From Candidatus Campbellbacteria bacterium GW2011_OD1_34_28 (lineage in GTDB: Bacteria; Patescibacteriota; Minisyncoccia; Phycocordibacterales; UBA12079): a DNA stretch of 64,000 nt. Each line of letters opens with the position of its first letter. Within the stretch, counting starts at the first letter, position 1. The stretch is from assembly GCA_001029775.1 (NCBI GenBank), contig CP011215.1, positions 618,303-682,302 of the forward strand. Reading direction: 5' to 3'. This document shows positions 9,255 through 18,503 of this stretch, piece by piece. A program made the position numbers and the translations under genes. Under the pieces are notes generated by a model, which saw only the letters and a program-made list of their open reading frames with translations, did no database searches and was not told the DNA's origin.

Positions 9255-10617
9255 TATTATTTAAATCTTCTTCATCTTCAGAATTAACAGGAATAATATC
9301 CTCTTGTTTAATAAGTACAACATCGTCACCCAACAAAAGAACAGGGTCAGTTTCGGTTACTTCCTCTTTCTTTTCATTTATTTCTTTTTGTTTAGACTCA
9401 AGTTCGGGTTCGGGTTCTGGTTCAACCTCTACTACTATAGGTTCTTCAACAAAAACATCTTTCTTATTTTCTTCCGAAACATCTTCTTCAAGATTATTTG
9501 CGACAAATTGAATATTCTCAATGACAACATTGTGTGGATTTGTTCCCGGATTTGGACCAACTGGTGTTGACCCATCATAAGTATCCATCCAATCATCCGC
9601 CGTGTTAGTATCAATTCCTTTTTCTTTTCTTGAAATCGAATGTCCCAAAATCACGGCTGAGACAGACGGATTGAAAGCGGTAATATTGTCACCCCAACTA
9701 ACTGAATCAATCAAATTATTTTCATCATCATAAAGCATAAGGACATCACCATTATCATCCAGACCGTCGTCAAACATTTTTGTTCCACCCAAAGCAATCT
9801 TGAAAGCATTGTCTGGAATATCTGGCCAATATGCCCAAGTAGAAGCATTTGCGGCAATCACAACAAACTGGTGTGATTCTATTATGTAATTTTGATTTAT
9901 TAGTTCACTATTATCTTCATTGTTTAAATACCATTTCTTAATATTAACTTCGTGATCACAAACATTATAAAGCTCTATCCACTCATCGTTTGGATTGTTT
10001 TCAAAACCATTTGCACCTTCTCTAATTCCTGGGTAATAATAAACCTCGTTAATCTTTATACAAGATTCTGGTACAGGTTCAGGAGTTAATTCATCAATAA
10101 ATACCGTATTAGAAACATCTTCTTCATCACTAAAACCTCCCACGCCATACTCGGGAAAATCTTCTTGCCACCCCTGATAGACAAAATTGAAATCGCAATA
10201 ACCATAAGAATTTTCTCTTGCTTCTAATTGAAATTGCCAAATCCCCAAACTAGTTGTTGCATAAGAAAAATCATTTATATAACCATTGTAAACTTGGACA
10301 CCGTTTAAATTAGCCACCAAAATTAAATTTTCACACAGACGATTCCTGTCACCAAATTCTGGTAAAATCTTGTATTTAAAATCTAAACTACCTTCATTTT
10401 TTATTTCTATACTGGTGCTGGCAGAACTTAACATATTAGAGTTTTCAAAACCATTTCCAATTAAAACAAAATCCAGAGATGCGACAGAAAAATTGATTTT
10501 GGAAGACTCTACATCACTGTGATAAGCATAAACTTTAACCGCAACAAAAGAAAAGGAAATCTGAATAATCAAAGACAAAACTGTGTAACTTATTATTTTT
10601 TTAGTTAAAGTTTTCAT
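9244..10617 (-). CDS. Lamin-tail-domain protein with degenerate SipW-type N-terminus and acidic tail
   Basis: AYHSDVESSKINFSVASLDF; IKINEVYY...DEWIELYN LTD motif. Confidence 0.75.
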   Translation of the reverse strand: MKTLTKKIISYTVLSLIIQISFSFVAVKVYAYHSDVESSKINFSVASLDFVLIGNGFENSNMLSSASTSIEIKNEGSLDFKYKILPEFGDRNRLCENLILVANLNGVQVYNGYINDFSYATTSLGIWQFQLEARENSYGYCDFNFVYQGWQEDFPEYGVGGFSDEEDVSNTVFIDELTPEPVPESCIKINEVYYYPGIREGANGFENNPNDEWIELYNVCDHEVNIKKWYLNNEDNSELINQNYIIESHQFVVIAANASTWAYWPDIPDNAFKIALGGTKMFDDGLDDNGDVLMLYDDENNLIDSVSWGDNITAFNPSVSAVILGHSISRKEKGIDTNTADDWMDTYDGSTPVGPNPGTNPHNVVIENIQFVANNLEEDVSEENKKDVFVEEPIVVEVEPEPEPELESKQKEINEKKEEVTETDPVLLLGDDVVLIKQEDIIPVNSEDEEDLNNNEE

Positions 10618-10626
10618 AAATATTTT

Positions 10627-11142
10627 TTATGTATTACTCTTTTTTGTTTTTTTTATCTCTTTCCATATTTTTTTGGATTCATCATAAACAATTATTACGC
10701 CTGGGATTATAATCAAAATTGCGAAACCAAAAGGTTTTCTTGCTTCTTGAACAACATAACCAGCATAAGGTAAACTAAACAAAACTTTTCCAATTACATC
10801 TTCTTTCGGGACATCTTTTGGGTCTTTGTCATCGTTGGCGTCTCCTTTTGTTATGTAATAATAATCCCCTTCTATCACTTTTATATCTACAATCCTGTGG
10901 GTGATAGGGGTCTCACTTTTATAAACATCACCAAAAGTTATAACATCACCTACCTGATAATCATCACTCGGTTTTATTACAGCTACACTTCCCGTCTTTA
11001 TTGCCGGCTCCATTGATCCAGACTGTACAACTCTTAATTCATAGTTACCTGTTATGGGGAAAATTGATGCAATCATGAGAACAGCCATTAAAAATATCGC
11101 GAAGACAACTATGTAATAAATGATTTTAATTAACTTATTCAT
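10627..11142 (-). CDS. sipW: Signal peptidase I, SipW/ER-type (S26B)
   Basis: VQSGSMEP, GDVITF, ITHRI, TKGDAN..D. Confidence 0.9.
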   Translation of the reverse strand: MNKLIKIIYYIVVFAIFLMAVLMIASIFPITGNYELRVVQSGSMEPAIKTGSVAVIKPSDDYQVGDVITFGDVYKSETPITHRIVDIKVIEGDYYYITKGDANDDKDPKDVPKEDVIGKVLFSLPYAGYVVQEARKPFGFAILIIIPGVIIVYDESKKIWKEIKKTKKSNT

Positions 11143-11266
11143 ATCTTTGTAACGGACTTTGTTAAAGCCTTTATTGACCGCCCGAACTTACCTCACAGTT
11201 CAAGCGGTCTAAAAAGTTTCAAACTTTTTAAAAGAGAATCGAAATTAGAAATTAGTGTTTCTAGTA

Positions 11267-12568
11267 CTAATCTAGTTCCTCTTCGTCTAGGTTGATATTT
11301 TCACAAGAGAAGTTCTCATTGTTTCTTACTTGTTCCGCGTAAGCAGTCAGACTTGCTTCAAGCGAATCTGATTGCGCGTCATCAAGCATTCCACTTCCAT
11401 CACAATTAATTTCTCCTGTTGTGTGATTTACTTGGATATCTCCGGCACACCAAGCAAAGCCTACATATCCTGTTGGGCCACCTCCCGCAAGTGACATCTG
11501 AATAACTTCTGTTTGGATATTTCCCTCATACAGACTATCCTCTGTATTAGGTTCATAAACGCCATCGCCGTCATCTTCCCAAGCAAAAATATTGATGTAA
11601 TCGGAAAGCTCCCCTAAACCTGCAGGATTTCCGCTGGTAAGGGTATCTCCTACACTTTCTTCTGTTTCAAGAAGCTCATTTTCTTCATCATTCATGTCAT
11701 GTATTATCAAACATGCGTAAGCATCATTTGAATTGACATGTAAAGAAATTAGGTTTGTTCCCCAATCAGATGGTTTTACATCCCCAAAATTGAAGAATTT
11801 TTGTGATCCGTCAAGATCAGTTTCTCTCCAAAGTTGACAAGCTTTTTTGAATTCACTATTTGCGTCACAGTCTTCTGCATCGCGAGTAACAGTGAGGTAG
11901 TAAAGCAAGCCTCCTGGATTATTAAGTGGGGTGTTGTATGCAGGATTAGTTTGGGTTAAATTAGTTACAACAAATGTAAGTGTGTTTTCACCCGGTACAA
12001 CCTGCGCCAAGAATGACGCTTCTGATACAGGGTCAAGTGTTGTATATTGAGCACTTCCCGAACCAGCTGAAATGGATACTCCGTTTAGGAATAATTCATA
12101 TTGGTTATCAGCTGCAACATCCATCACTAAATCAACACTAACAGCATCACCCCACCAATCGAATTCATGTTCAAAGGTGTAAGTAACATTGCCATCTGTA
12201 CCATCATCACCAACTAAAGTAGCTGGAGAAGCCCAAATCCATTGTGCTGTTGGATGGGTTGTCCAATACTGGAGAGTAATGGGTGTATCAATTACGATAG
12301 GAGCTTGAAATGGAAATACTGTAATTTCTGTATTAACACCAGAAACAACATCTGCTCCACCATCGCCACTGAAAAGTACCAGTGAGCATGATTCACAGTC
12401 ATCGCCATTATAAGTTTGTGCCAAATGATCTACTTTGAGGTCAATAGATCCGGCAGTGAATATGTTTCCTGCCGAGGTTTCTGTGTCATTGAAGAAAGCA
12501 TAAGTTCCTCCAATAATCACCGCCCCGGCCAAAACAATCGTGCCTAGGCTAAAAATTATTTTTTTCAT
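11267..12568 (-). CDS. SipW-dependent signal peptide protein (TasA/CalY-like) with inserted beta-rich domain
   Basis: GGTYAFFNDTETSAGNIFTAGSIDL; FFNFGDVKP; C-terminal YAEQVRNN. Confidence 0.8.
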   Translation of the reverse strand: MKKIIFSLGTIVLAGAVIIGGTYAFFNDTETSAGNIFTAGSIDLKVDHLAQTYNGDDCESCSLVLFSGDGGADVVSGVNTEITVFPFQAPIVIDTPITLQYWTTHPTAQWIWASPATLVGDDGTDGNVTYTFEHEFDWWGDAVSVDLVMDVAADNQYELFLNGVSISAGSGSAQYTTLDPVSEASFLAQVVPGENTLTFVVTNLTQTNPAYNTPLNNPGGLLYYLTVTRDAEDCDANSEFKKACQLWRETDLDGSQKFFNFGDVKPSDWGTNLISLHVNSNDAYACLIIHDMNDEENELLETEESVGDTLTSGNPAGLGELSDYINIFAWEDDGDGVYEPNTEDSLYEGNIQTEVIQMSLAGGGPTGYVGFAWCAGDIQVNHTTGEINCDGSGMLDDAQSDSLEASLTAYAEQVRNNENFSCENINLDEEELD

Positions 12569-12595
12569 GTTTTTAAGTTAGCTTTAGTCTGATAA

Positions 12596-13753
12596 TTACA
12601 GATCTGAATCTGTGTATGTTATGAGATTTAACTCAAACAAAGATTCTATTCCCACTGGCCATGTGGTTACGCTATTAGTTCCTGAGTTATATTCTGATGA
12701 TTTTATTACCCAGATTTTTGCACCTCCTGGATAATTAGCATCGGCTGAATCAGGAAGATTCATTCCCAAATTTACATCTCCTGAAACACTGGCATCACCA
12801 CTGCCGTCAGTTGTCAGTGTTCCGATTAATGCGCCTGGATTATTTCCTGGCCATCCATCAGCATAATAGATGATACTGTATTGAGTTGAAGCAACTAAAC
12901 CAGATACATCTAATGTGTAGTTAAATGTTGGGTGAGACGAAATGAAAGTTAATTCTCCTTCAACCCCATCATCTAGATAAGGATCCCATGTACCATCAAT
13001 ATCTTTGTTTTCTAATTTAAGAACAGTTCTCACTGGTTCTTGATTGTTTATACTTCCACAGACAAATTCATCATTGTTTCTTGCTTGTTCAACATAGAAA
13101 CTAATGTCACCTGTCATACTATCTGTTTGGATTTCGTTTCCAACTGATGCTGGAACACTCCATGAAACACCAATGTATGTAGTAGATGCTCCTGTCAATG
13201 GACCTGTTGCTGTTGTTGAGTCATAGATAGACAAAACACCATTGGCAGGATTACCTGATGTCAATGTTTGTTCACTTCCGTTTTGAATATTGTCGCCTGC
13301 AACCCCACCGCCTGCGCCATTATCTCTCCAGACGTTCCAAACCATAACACTTGATAGTTCACCATCGTTTACGCCAGTAGTTAAATCTACTGAAGCTTCT
13401 GGTTCTGTTTGACCGTTTTCAAGATCAGTCAAATTGGAAACTTCTGCACAAACCCAAGCGTCATTATTGATAACATGCAAACTGATGGTATTCTCTCCAG
13501 AATCCCCTGGTTTTATGTCATCAAAATTAAAGAACTTATCCGATGTTGGGATTAGATCTTTTTCTGCCCAAGTTGCGGCTTCAACATCCTCTCCATTATA
13601 GGTAGCAGTGCTATCTATTCTTAGATCGATTGCCCCAGCCGTAAAGGTGTTTCCTGTAGACGTTTCAGTGTCACTAAAGAAAGCGCCTGTAGCTCCAATA
13701 ATTATCGCTGCTGCTGCGACAATTGTCGAAGCACTAATGATTATTTTTTTCAT
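12596..13753 (-). CDS. SipW-dependent signal peptide protein (TasA/CalY-like) with extra C-terminal domain
   Basis: GATGAFFSDTETSTGNTFTAGAIDL; FFNFDDIKPGD; YVEQARNN. Confidence 0.82.
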   Translation of the reverse strand: MKKIIISASTIVAAAAIIIGATGAFFSDTETSTGNTFTAGAIDLRIDSTATYNGEDVEAATWAEKDLIPTSDKFFNFDDIKPGDSGENTISLHVINNDAWVCAEVSNLTDLENGQTEPEASVDLTTGVNDGELSSVMVWNVWRDNGAGGGVAGDNIQNGSEQTLTSGNPANGVLSIYDSTTATGPLTGASTTYIGVSWSVPASVGNEIQTDSMTGDISFYVEQARNNDEFVCGSINNQEPVRTVLKLENKDIDGTWDPYLDDGVEGELTFISSHPTFNYTLDVSGLVASTQYSIIYYADGWPGNNPGALIGTLTTDGSGDASVSGDVNLGMNLPDSADANYPGGAKIWVIKSSEYNSGTNSVTTWPVGIESLFELNLITYTDSDL

Positions 13754-13990
13754 AATTTTAATAAATTAAATTAGTTTATAAGTTTATATTTATTTGCCAT
13801 TTATATTAAATATAAAAAATGTCTTATTTTACTTTTTGTCTTTAGTTGTTTTTTATTTATTTTTTTATTTACATAGTTTTTTAAAAAAAATTAAGATTGA
13901 TAATTCTCGACCTTTCTTATTACAGACAATAAATATGTAAGTTTTTATTGAATGCAAAAAAGACTCTTTTAAAGAGCTTCTAGAATTACT

Positions 13991-14087
13991 GAGGTAGATT
14001 GCCGAGGTAGAATTACCAAAAGCGTGCCAGCGTGGAATGAGGTAGAGAGTGAGAGGTAGAGTGCTTGAGGTAGAGTGACTGAGTAGA
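13991..14087 (-). repeat. Six TCTACCTC-like direct repeats in the operon leader
   Basis: GAGGTAGA at 13991, 14004, 14039, 14053 and 14067; GAGTAGA at 14081. Confidence 0.8.
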
Positions 14088-14112
14088 TATTTTTTTAATT
14101 AACCTAATATCA

Positions 14113-14142
14113 ATTATATAGATATATACCTGTATATGTCAA
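14113..14142 (-). promoter_or_regulatory. Sigma70 promoter for the SipW operon
   Basis: TTGACA-18 bp-TATAAT on the minus strand. Confidence 0.7.
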
Positions 14143-14212
14143 CTTTAAAAATGTATATTTTTTGTAATCAAAAAAACCTTATTTAAAAGCTTTTTTAGGC
14201 TTATACAAAAAG

Positions 14213-14524
14213 TTATCCACAGTTTTTAAACTTGAGTTATCCACAGTTTAAAAACTGTGGATAACTTAAAAAACGTCGTTGAATTTAAATTATTTTTAGA
14301 AAAATGAAAAAAGCCGCCGAAGCGACTTTTTTCAATGTAGATATTAATCCGAAAATTAATATCTACATTGTATCCACAGATCCGAAAATCTACGGATACA
14401 ATGTAGATATAAAACCGAAATTTTATATCTACAGCGTACTTACTAGTCCGAAGATTAGTAAGTACATTTCTATCTTAACCAATTGAGATAATTTGTCAAT
14501 ACTTTTTCGATTAACTGTGGATAA
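14213..14524. promoter_or_regulatory. DnaA-box cluster
   Basis: Perfect TTATCCACA at 14213 and 14237; TGTGGATAA at 14256 and 14516; one-mismatch box at 14370. Confidence 0.7.
14305..14465 (-). ncRNA. Candidate small RNA: four tandem UUCG hairpins plus terminator
   Basis: Hairpins 14436-14465, 14402-14433, 14369-14400 and 14333-14370, all with a YTTCGG loop on the minus strand; TTGACA-16-TAAGAT upstream; T-tailed hairpin downstream. Confidence 0.55.
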
Positions 14525-14556
14525 CTTGGAAACAATTAATTTAAAAGGTTGGCTTA

Positions 14557-14910
14557 TTATTCTTCCTCTTTAAGTTTAGCTGCAGCTTCTGGCGTTGATA
14601 CCGTTTTACTGATCAGAAATAAACGGACAATTGCATAAGCGATTATCCAATACACCAGCATTGCCAAAAGAGTTGTCCACTCAAAGACGCTACCCTCTAG
14701 AGTTGTCTGTGGGAATACTGCAAGAAAAGGAGCAGTAAATGGCCGTGTAATACCGTAGATAAAACTTGTGAATCCAGCTACAGGATTTGCCCCCATAAAT
14801 TTGAGTGCAAAACGGAACGCAAGCAATATTTCAAGAAGAGAAAGAACATACCACACAATTTGTGTGCCTTTAAATAAAGGTTTCGTAGTGGGAGAATTAT
14901 ATGAGTCCAT
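14557..14910 (-). CDS. YggT-family membrane protein
   Basis: LLAFRFALKFMGANP..GF..FIYGIT.PF.APF pattern. Confidence 0.8.
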   Translation of the reverse strand: MDSYNSPTTKPLFKGTQIVWYVLSLLEILLAFRFALKFMGANPVAGFTSFIYGITRPFTAPFLAVFPQTTLEGSVFEWTTLLAMLVYWIIAYAIVRLFLISKTVSTPEAAAKLKEEE

Positions 14911-15193
14911 AATTTTGAATGTTAAATGTTAATAAAATATATTTTTAATTAAATTATTAATTATTGTTAGTCTTCAAATATCGACCTTTTTAAAAATTGA
15001 TAGTTAAAAAATTTTTTCCCAAAATTAAGTGCTGTTCGAGCCGATATTCTTATCCGTTTCTTTGGTGTTTTTTAATTTAAGGATTTTAGTTTTAAATTTT
15101 TGACAAATTTCTTGTTATCGAAAATGGAGAGGTGTATTAGAGCTACTTTAAGAATACCACCGCAAAATCTAAAAGTCACGGAGTTTAAAAACT

Positions 15194-15612
15194 GAGAGAG
15201 GAATCGGTCACGAGTCACTAAATATATTTAGTGCTCGCGATATTGTTCTGTGGATTATAAGAGAGGAATCGTCCCGCGGTTACTAAGTAAATTTTTCGCA
15301 AGCTCAAATTTACTAAGTACCGCTGGACGCGACTCAAAATTATGCTCCCAGCATAATTTTTCCGTCGTTCGATTCCTCTTTGGTCCTACAAAATCAAAAG
15401 CCCCGATGTTTTCACATCGGGACTTAAGATTTTGTGGAGAGGAATCGGCTCCCAGTTCTAAACAAAAATATGGACCAGAGAGGAATCGGTCACGAGTCAC
15501 TAAGTCTTTTGTTCATTCTTCGCTTCGCTACGAACTCCAAAAGCCTAAGTGCTCGCGACCCCGGCTCGTCTGTTTTGCTTCGCAAAACATGACTCCGCCT
15601 TTCGATTCCTCA
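15194..15612 (-). repeat. Tandem structured modules carrying copies of the tRNA-Ala 3' end
   Basis: GAGAGGAATCG repeated at about 15196, 15261, 15437 and 15478; inverted TTCGATTCCTC at 15368 and 15601. Confidence 0.75.
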
Positions 15613-15698
15613 CGAAAGCAAAGCAGTTTGCTTTCTTCTGGCACAGCAACACAAAATAAAACACCATCTAAAAAAGATGGTGTTTTATTTTGGTTGTG

Positions 15699-15772
15699 TG
15701 GACCAGAGAGGAATCGAACCCCCGGCCTCCTCAGTGCAAGTGAGGCGCTCTAGCCAACTGAGCTACTGGCCC
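15699..15772 (-). tRNA. tRNA-Ala (TGC)
   Basis: GGGCCAG acceptor, CCTCA-CTTGCAC-TGAGG anticodon arm, GGTTCGATTCC T-arm. Confidence 0.93.
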
Positions 15773-15868
15773 ATACTATTTAAGAATTTTCTTCATTGAA
15801 TAAACTCAATACACAGTATTTTATAACAAAGATGTCTATAAATCAATATCAAATTTATTTATAATTTT

Positions 15869-16963
15869 TTATATAATTTTTGTTACCAATTCAACACTAT
15901 CAACCTTCTTTATTTCAAACTTTATCTTTCCCAATACCTGTCCTTTGTTATTTTTTACATAAACTCTCCATTTACCATCTATAGCATTATTCATAAGAGA
16001 ATACCCCCGATATCCTTTATCTCGCCCGCCTTTTATGGCATAACTAACTTCATTCAAAGTGACCCATTCCCCTATTTTCTCGTCGTATCTTTGCCAGATA
16101 TGGGTGATCTCTGTATTTAAGTCAGTTGGAGCAAACACAGAGGCATAAACATACACAGGGCTGTTGTTATTCATCTTATTGAATTCATTTTTCCAGTCAC
16201 GGTATGCGTCTTTCAAAAAATTAAATTTTTCTTCTCGCACCAAATAATTTCCGTCTGATGTTTTTTCAACATAATGATAGACTTCTAATTGTTTCAAAGA
16301 TAAAGGAACAGGAGGAATAATATTTGTAAAATACATTAAATTAAAGCCCAAAAAAATCAAAAAAATATCCCTCGTCAATTTTTTTTCTCTTTTCAAACCC
16401 AGATGCGAAATATATTTGAAAAAGAAAAACATCAAAGCATAAATAACAACCAAACTAATAACACCGCTCAATAAAAATATTCCGCTACCAATCTTTTTTA
16501 AAACAACAGGAACAAAGAAAATCAAATATGAAAAAATTGCGACAAAAAGAACCTTTATCTGAAAATTGAAGTCATTATAATATTTTCTAAATCTTTCGTT
16601 TCCTATAAAAAAACCATATATAACAAGCAAAAAAATCCAACTGGAAGCAAGAGAAGCACTCTTGGTATAAAATATCACATACCCACTAAACAAACCTCCA
16701 AAAGCAAACTGAGTTAAAAGAAGCAAAAAACTTTTCCATTTGTTTTCAATATTTCTTGCTTGAAATAGATTTATCAAAATAATGCTCGCCGTTGCAATAA
16801 ACAAATAACCGAGCAATATAACATTGTCAAAAACTCTATCAATTCTGGTCAATGTCAGATTGTCAAAAATCAGACCGCCAATGAAAAAAGCCGGTACCAA
16901 ATACCTCTCATTCTTTTCTGCCCAACTTCTAACAGTTAAAATTTTTGCTTTTATAGCTTTCAT
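15869..16963 (-). CDS. Multi-pass membrane protein with C-terminal DUF2914-like Ig domain
   Basis: About 7 TM segments; GGRDKGYRGYS...GKWRVYV. Confidence 0.75.
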   Translation of the reverse strand: MKAIKAKILTVRSWAEKNERYLVPAFFIGGLIFDNLTLTRIDRVFDNVILLGYLFIATASIILINLFQARNIENKWKSFLLLLTQFAFGGLFSGYVIFYTKSASLASSWIFLLVIYGFFIGNERFRKYYNDFNFQIKVLFVAIFSYLIFFVPVVLKKIGSGIFLLSGVISLVVIYALMFFFFKYISHLGLKREKKLTRDIFLIFLGFNLMYFTNIIPPVPLSLKQLEVYHYVEKTSDGNYLVREEKFNFLKDAYRDWKNEFNKMNNNSPVYVYASVFAPTDLNTEITHIWQRYDEKIGEWVTLNEVSYAIKGGRDKGYRGYSLMNNAIDGKWRVYVKNNKGQVLGKIKFEIKKVDSVELVTKII

Positions 16964-17076
16964 AATTATTTATAATATTAACATAAAGGGCTTTCTTTGA
17001 CACCGAGTTACAATATATGTATATTTACATCAGAATAATTCATCTAAAAAGAGCAATTCAACAGAGAGGATTACAA

Positions 17077-17664
17077 ATGGATAACGAAGAAAACACCTTA
17101 ACAACAAAAGTATTTATTTCCATCGGGACGATAATGGAAGAAACCAAAAAGGTTATTAAAGCAACAGAGAAAAAAGTTCTTGCAAAACAAAAAATAATAG
17201 AAAAAATCATCGCAGACTATAATAAAATTAGAATCGAAAAAATGGCTGAAATGTTGTCGAAAAGCATAGATGACAAATGCGACAAATGCGGACAAACTCT
17301 TGACCCCAATAAAATATTTCTCTTTCAATCCGGATATGACTATAACGAACACTCTTGGAGACCAACACAAATATTGAGGGTGTGTAGAGATTGTTCTATT
17401 TTTTTGGAAGCACGCAACGGGACATGGACCAAATGCGATTGCGGCCCGGAAGGGAGACAGACAATTTTTATTGCCAAATTAATAACCAGCACAGACCTTT
17501 TAAAAGAAGGTACCGTAAATGATCAAAGAGAGGAAATGGTCATGACATACCTTGCAGGAAAAAATATTCCCCCAGAATTTATTATAGAAAAAGAAAATGA
17601 ATATATTACCGGAATCTTTTTTGTAAGTCCCGATGGAAAAATTAACAAAATTGAAGCGCTCTAA
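17077..17664 (+). CDS. Hypothetical protein with Zn-ribbon-like CxxC pairs
   Basis: GAGAGG SD before MDNEE; CDKC...CRDC; terminator 17669-17715. Confidence 0.65.
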   Translation: MDNEENTLTTKVFISIGTIMEETKKVIKATEKKVLAKQKIIEKIIADYNKIRIEKMAEMLSKSIDDKCDKCGQTLDPNKIFLFQSGYDYNEHSWRPTQILRVCRDCSIFLEARNGTWTKCDCGPEGRQTIFIAKLITSTDLLKEGTVNDQREEMVMTYLAGKNIPPEFIIEKENEYITGIFFVSPDGKINKIEAL

Positions 17665-17743
17665 ATTCCAGCTCGTTTGAATCACTTACACAGGTGGTCC
17701 AAACGAGCTGTTTTTATTTTATAAATAATGTAAGATAAGTCTC

Positions 17744-18457
17744 ATGGAAGAAATACAATATCCAATCAGAATAAACCGCTATCTTTTTTTAAAAGGTTTT
17801 TGCAGTCGTCGAGAAGCGGACCGTTTGATTGAAAAAGGTCAAATAAAAATAAACGGAAAAACTGCTTTAATTGGCCAAAAAATAGATGAAAAAGATAAGG
17901 TGGAAATAAGCAAAAAAGTAGAACAAATCGCTGAGAATCGTGTTTATTTAGCATTTAACAAACCCCGTGGTATCGTAACTCACGACCCACAAGAAGGCCA
18001 AGAAAGTATCGAGGATGTCTTGAAATATCCGAAAAAGGTTTTTCCATTAGGAAGGTTGGATAAAGAATCTGATGGGCTAATCCTCCTAACCAATGATGGT
18101 AGAATAACCAACGCTCTTTTAAATCCAGAAGAAAACCACGAGAAAGAATATCTTGTTGAGGTAAATCACAGATTGTCCATTGATGCGATAAAAAAAATAG
18201 AAGGAGGAGTAATTATTGATAAATACAGGACCAAACCTGCAAAAATAAAAAAAGTTTCTCCCCGAGAATTTCATATCATATTAACCGAAGGCAAGAAACA
18301 CCAGATCAGGAGAATGTGTTCTGCATTAAATCTTGATGTCGTAAGCTTGAAAAGAATACGAGTAATGAGCATAAAACTTGGAAATCTAAAACCTGGTCAA
18401 TACAGAGAGCTAAAAGGAGTAGAGCTGAAAAAGTTTTTGTCAGATTTGAAATTTTAA
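17744..18457 (+). CDS. rRNA pseudouridine synthase, RsuA/RluB/RluF family
   Basis: S4 domain (CSRREAD), GRLDKES.GL, EGKKHQIRRM. Confidence 0.92.
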   Translation: MEEIQYPIRINRYLFLKGFCSRREADRLIEKGQIKINGKTALIGQKIDEKDKVEISKKVEQIAENRVYLAFNKPRGIVTHDPQEGQESIEDVLKYPKKVFPLGRLDKESDGLILLTNDGRITNALLNPEENHEKEYLVEVNHRLSIDAIKKIEGGVIIDKYRTKPAKIKKVSPREFHIILTEGKKHQIRRMCSALNLDVVSLKRIRVMSIKLGNLKPGQYRELKGVELKKFLSDLKF

Positions 18458-18503
18458 AGATTTAATTATAAAAATACAGGGACCGAGTCCCTGTATTTTA
18501 GTT

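Noticed and set aside
14333-14465. Hairpin array read as a CRISPR array
   Set aside because: The constant part is only a 6-nt loop and the variable parts are self-complementary, unlike repeat-spacer structure.
14304-14486. 60-aa ORF with 11-aa periodicity
   Set aside because: No SD, and the periodicity follows from the 33-nt hairpin repeat; strand-specific signals favour a minus-strand RNA.
15250-15753. ORFs overlapping tRNA loci (also 19890, 35541, 35583, 35719)
   Set aside because: They are shadow frames of tRNAs and their GC-rich repeats.
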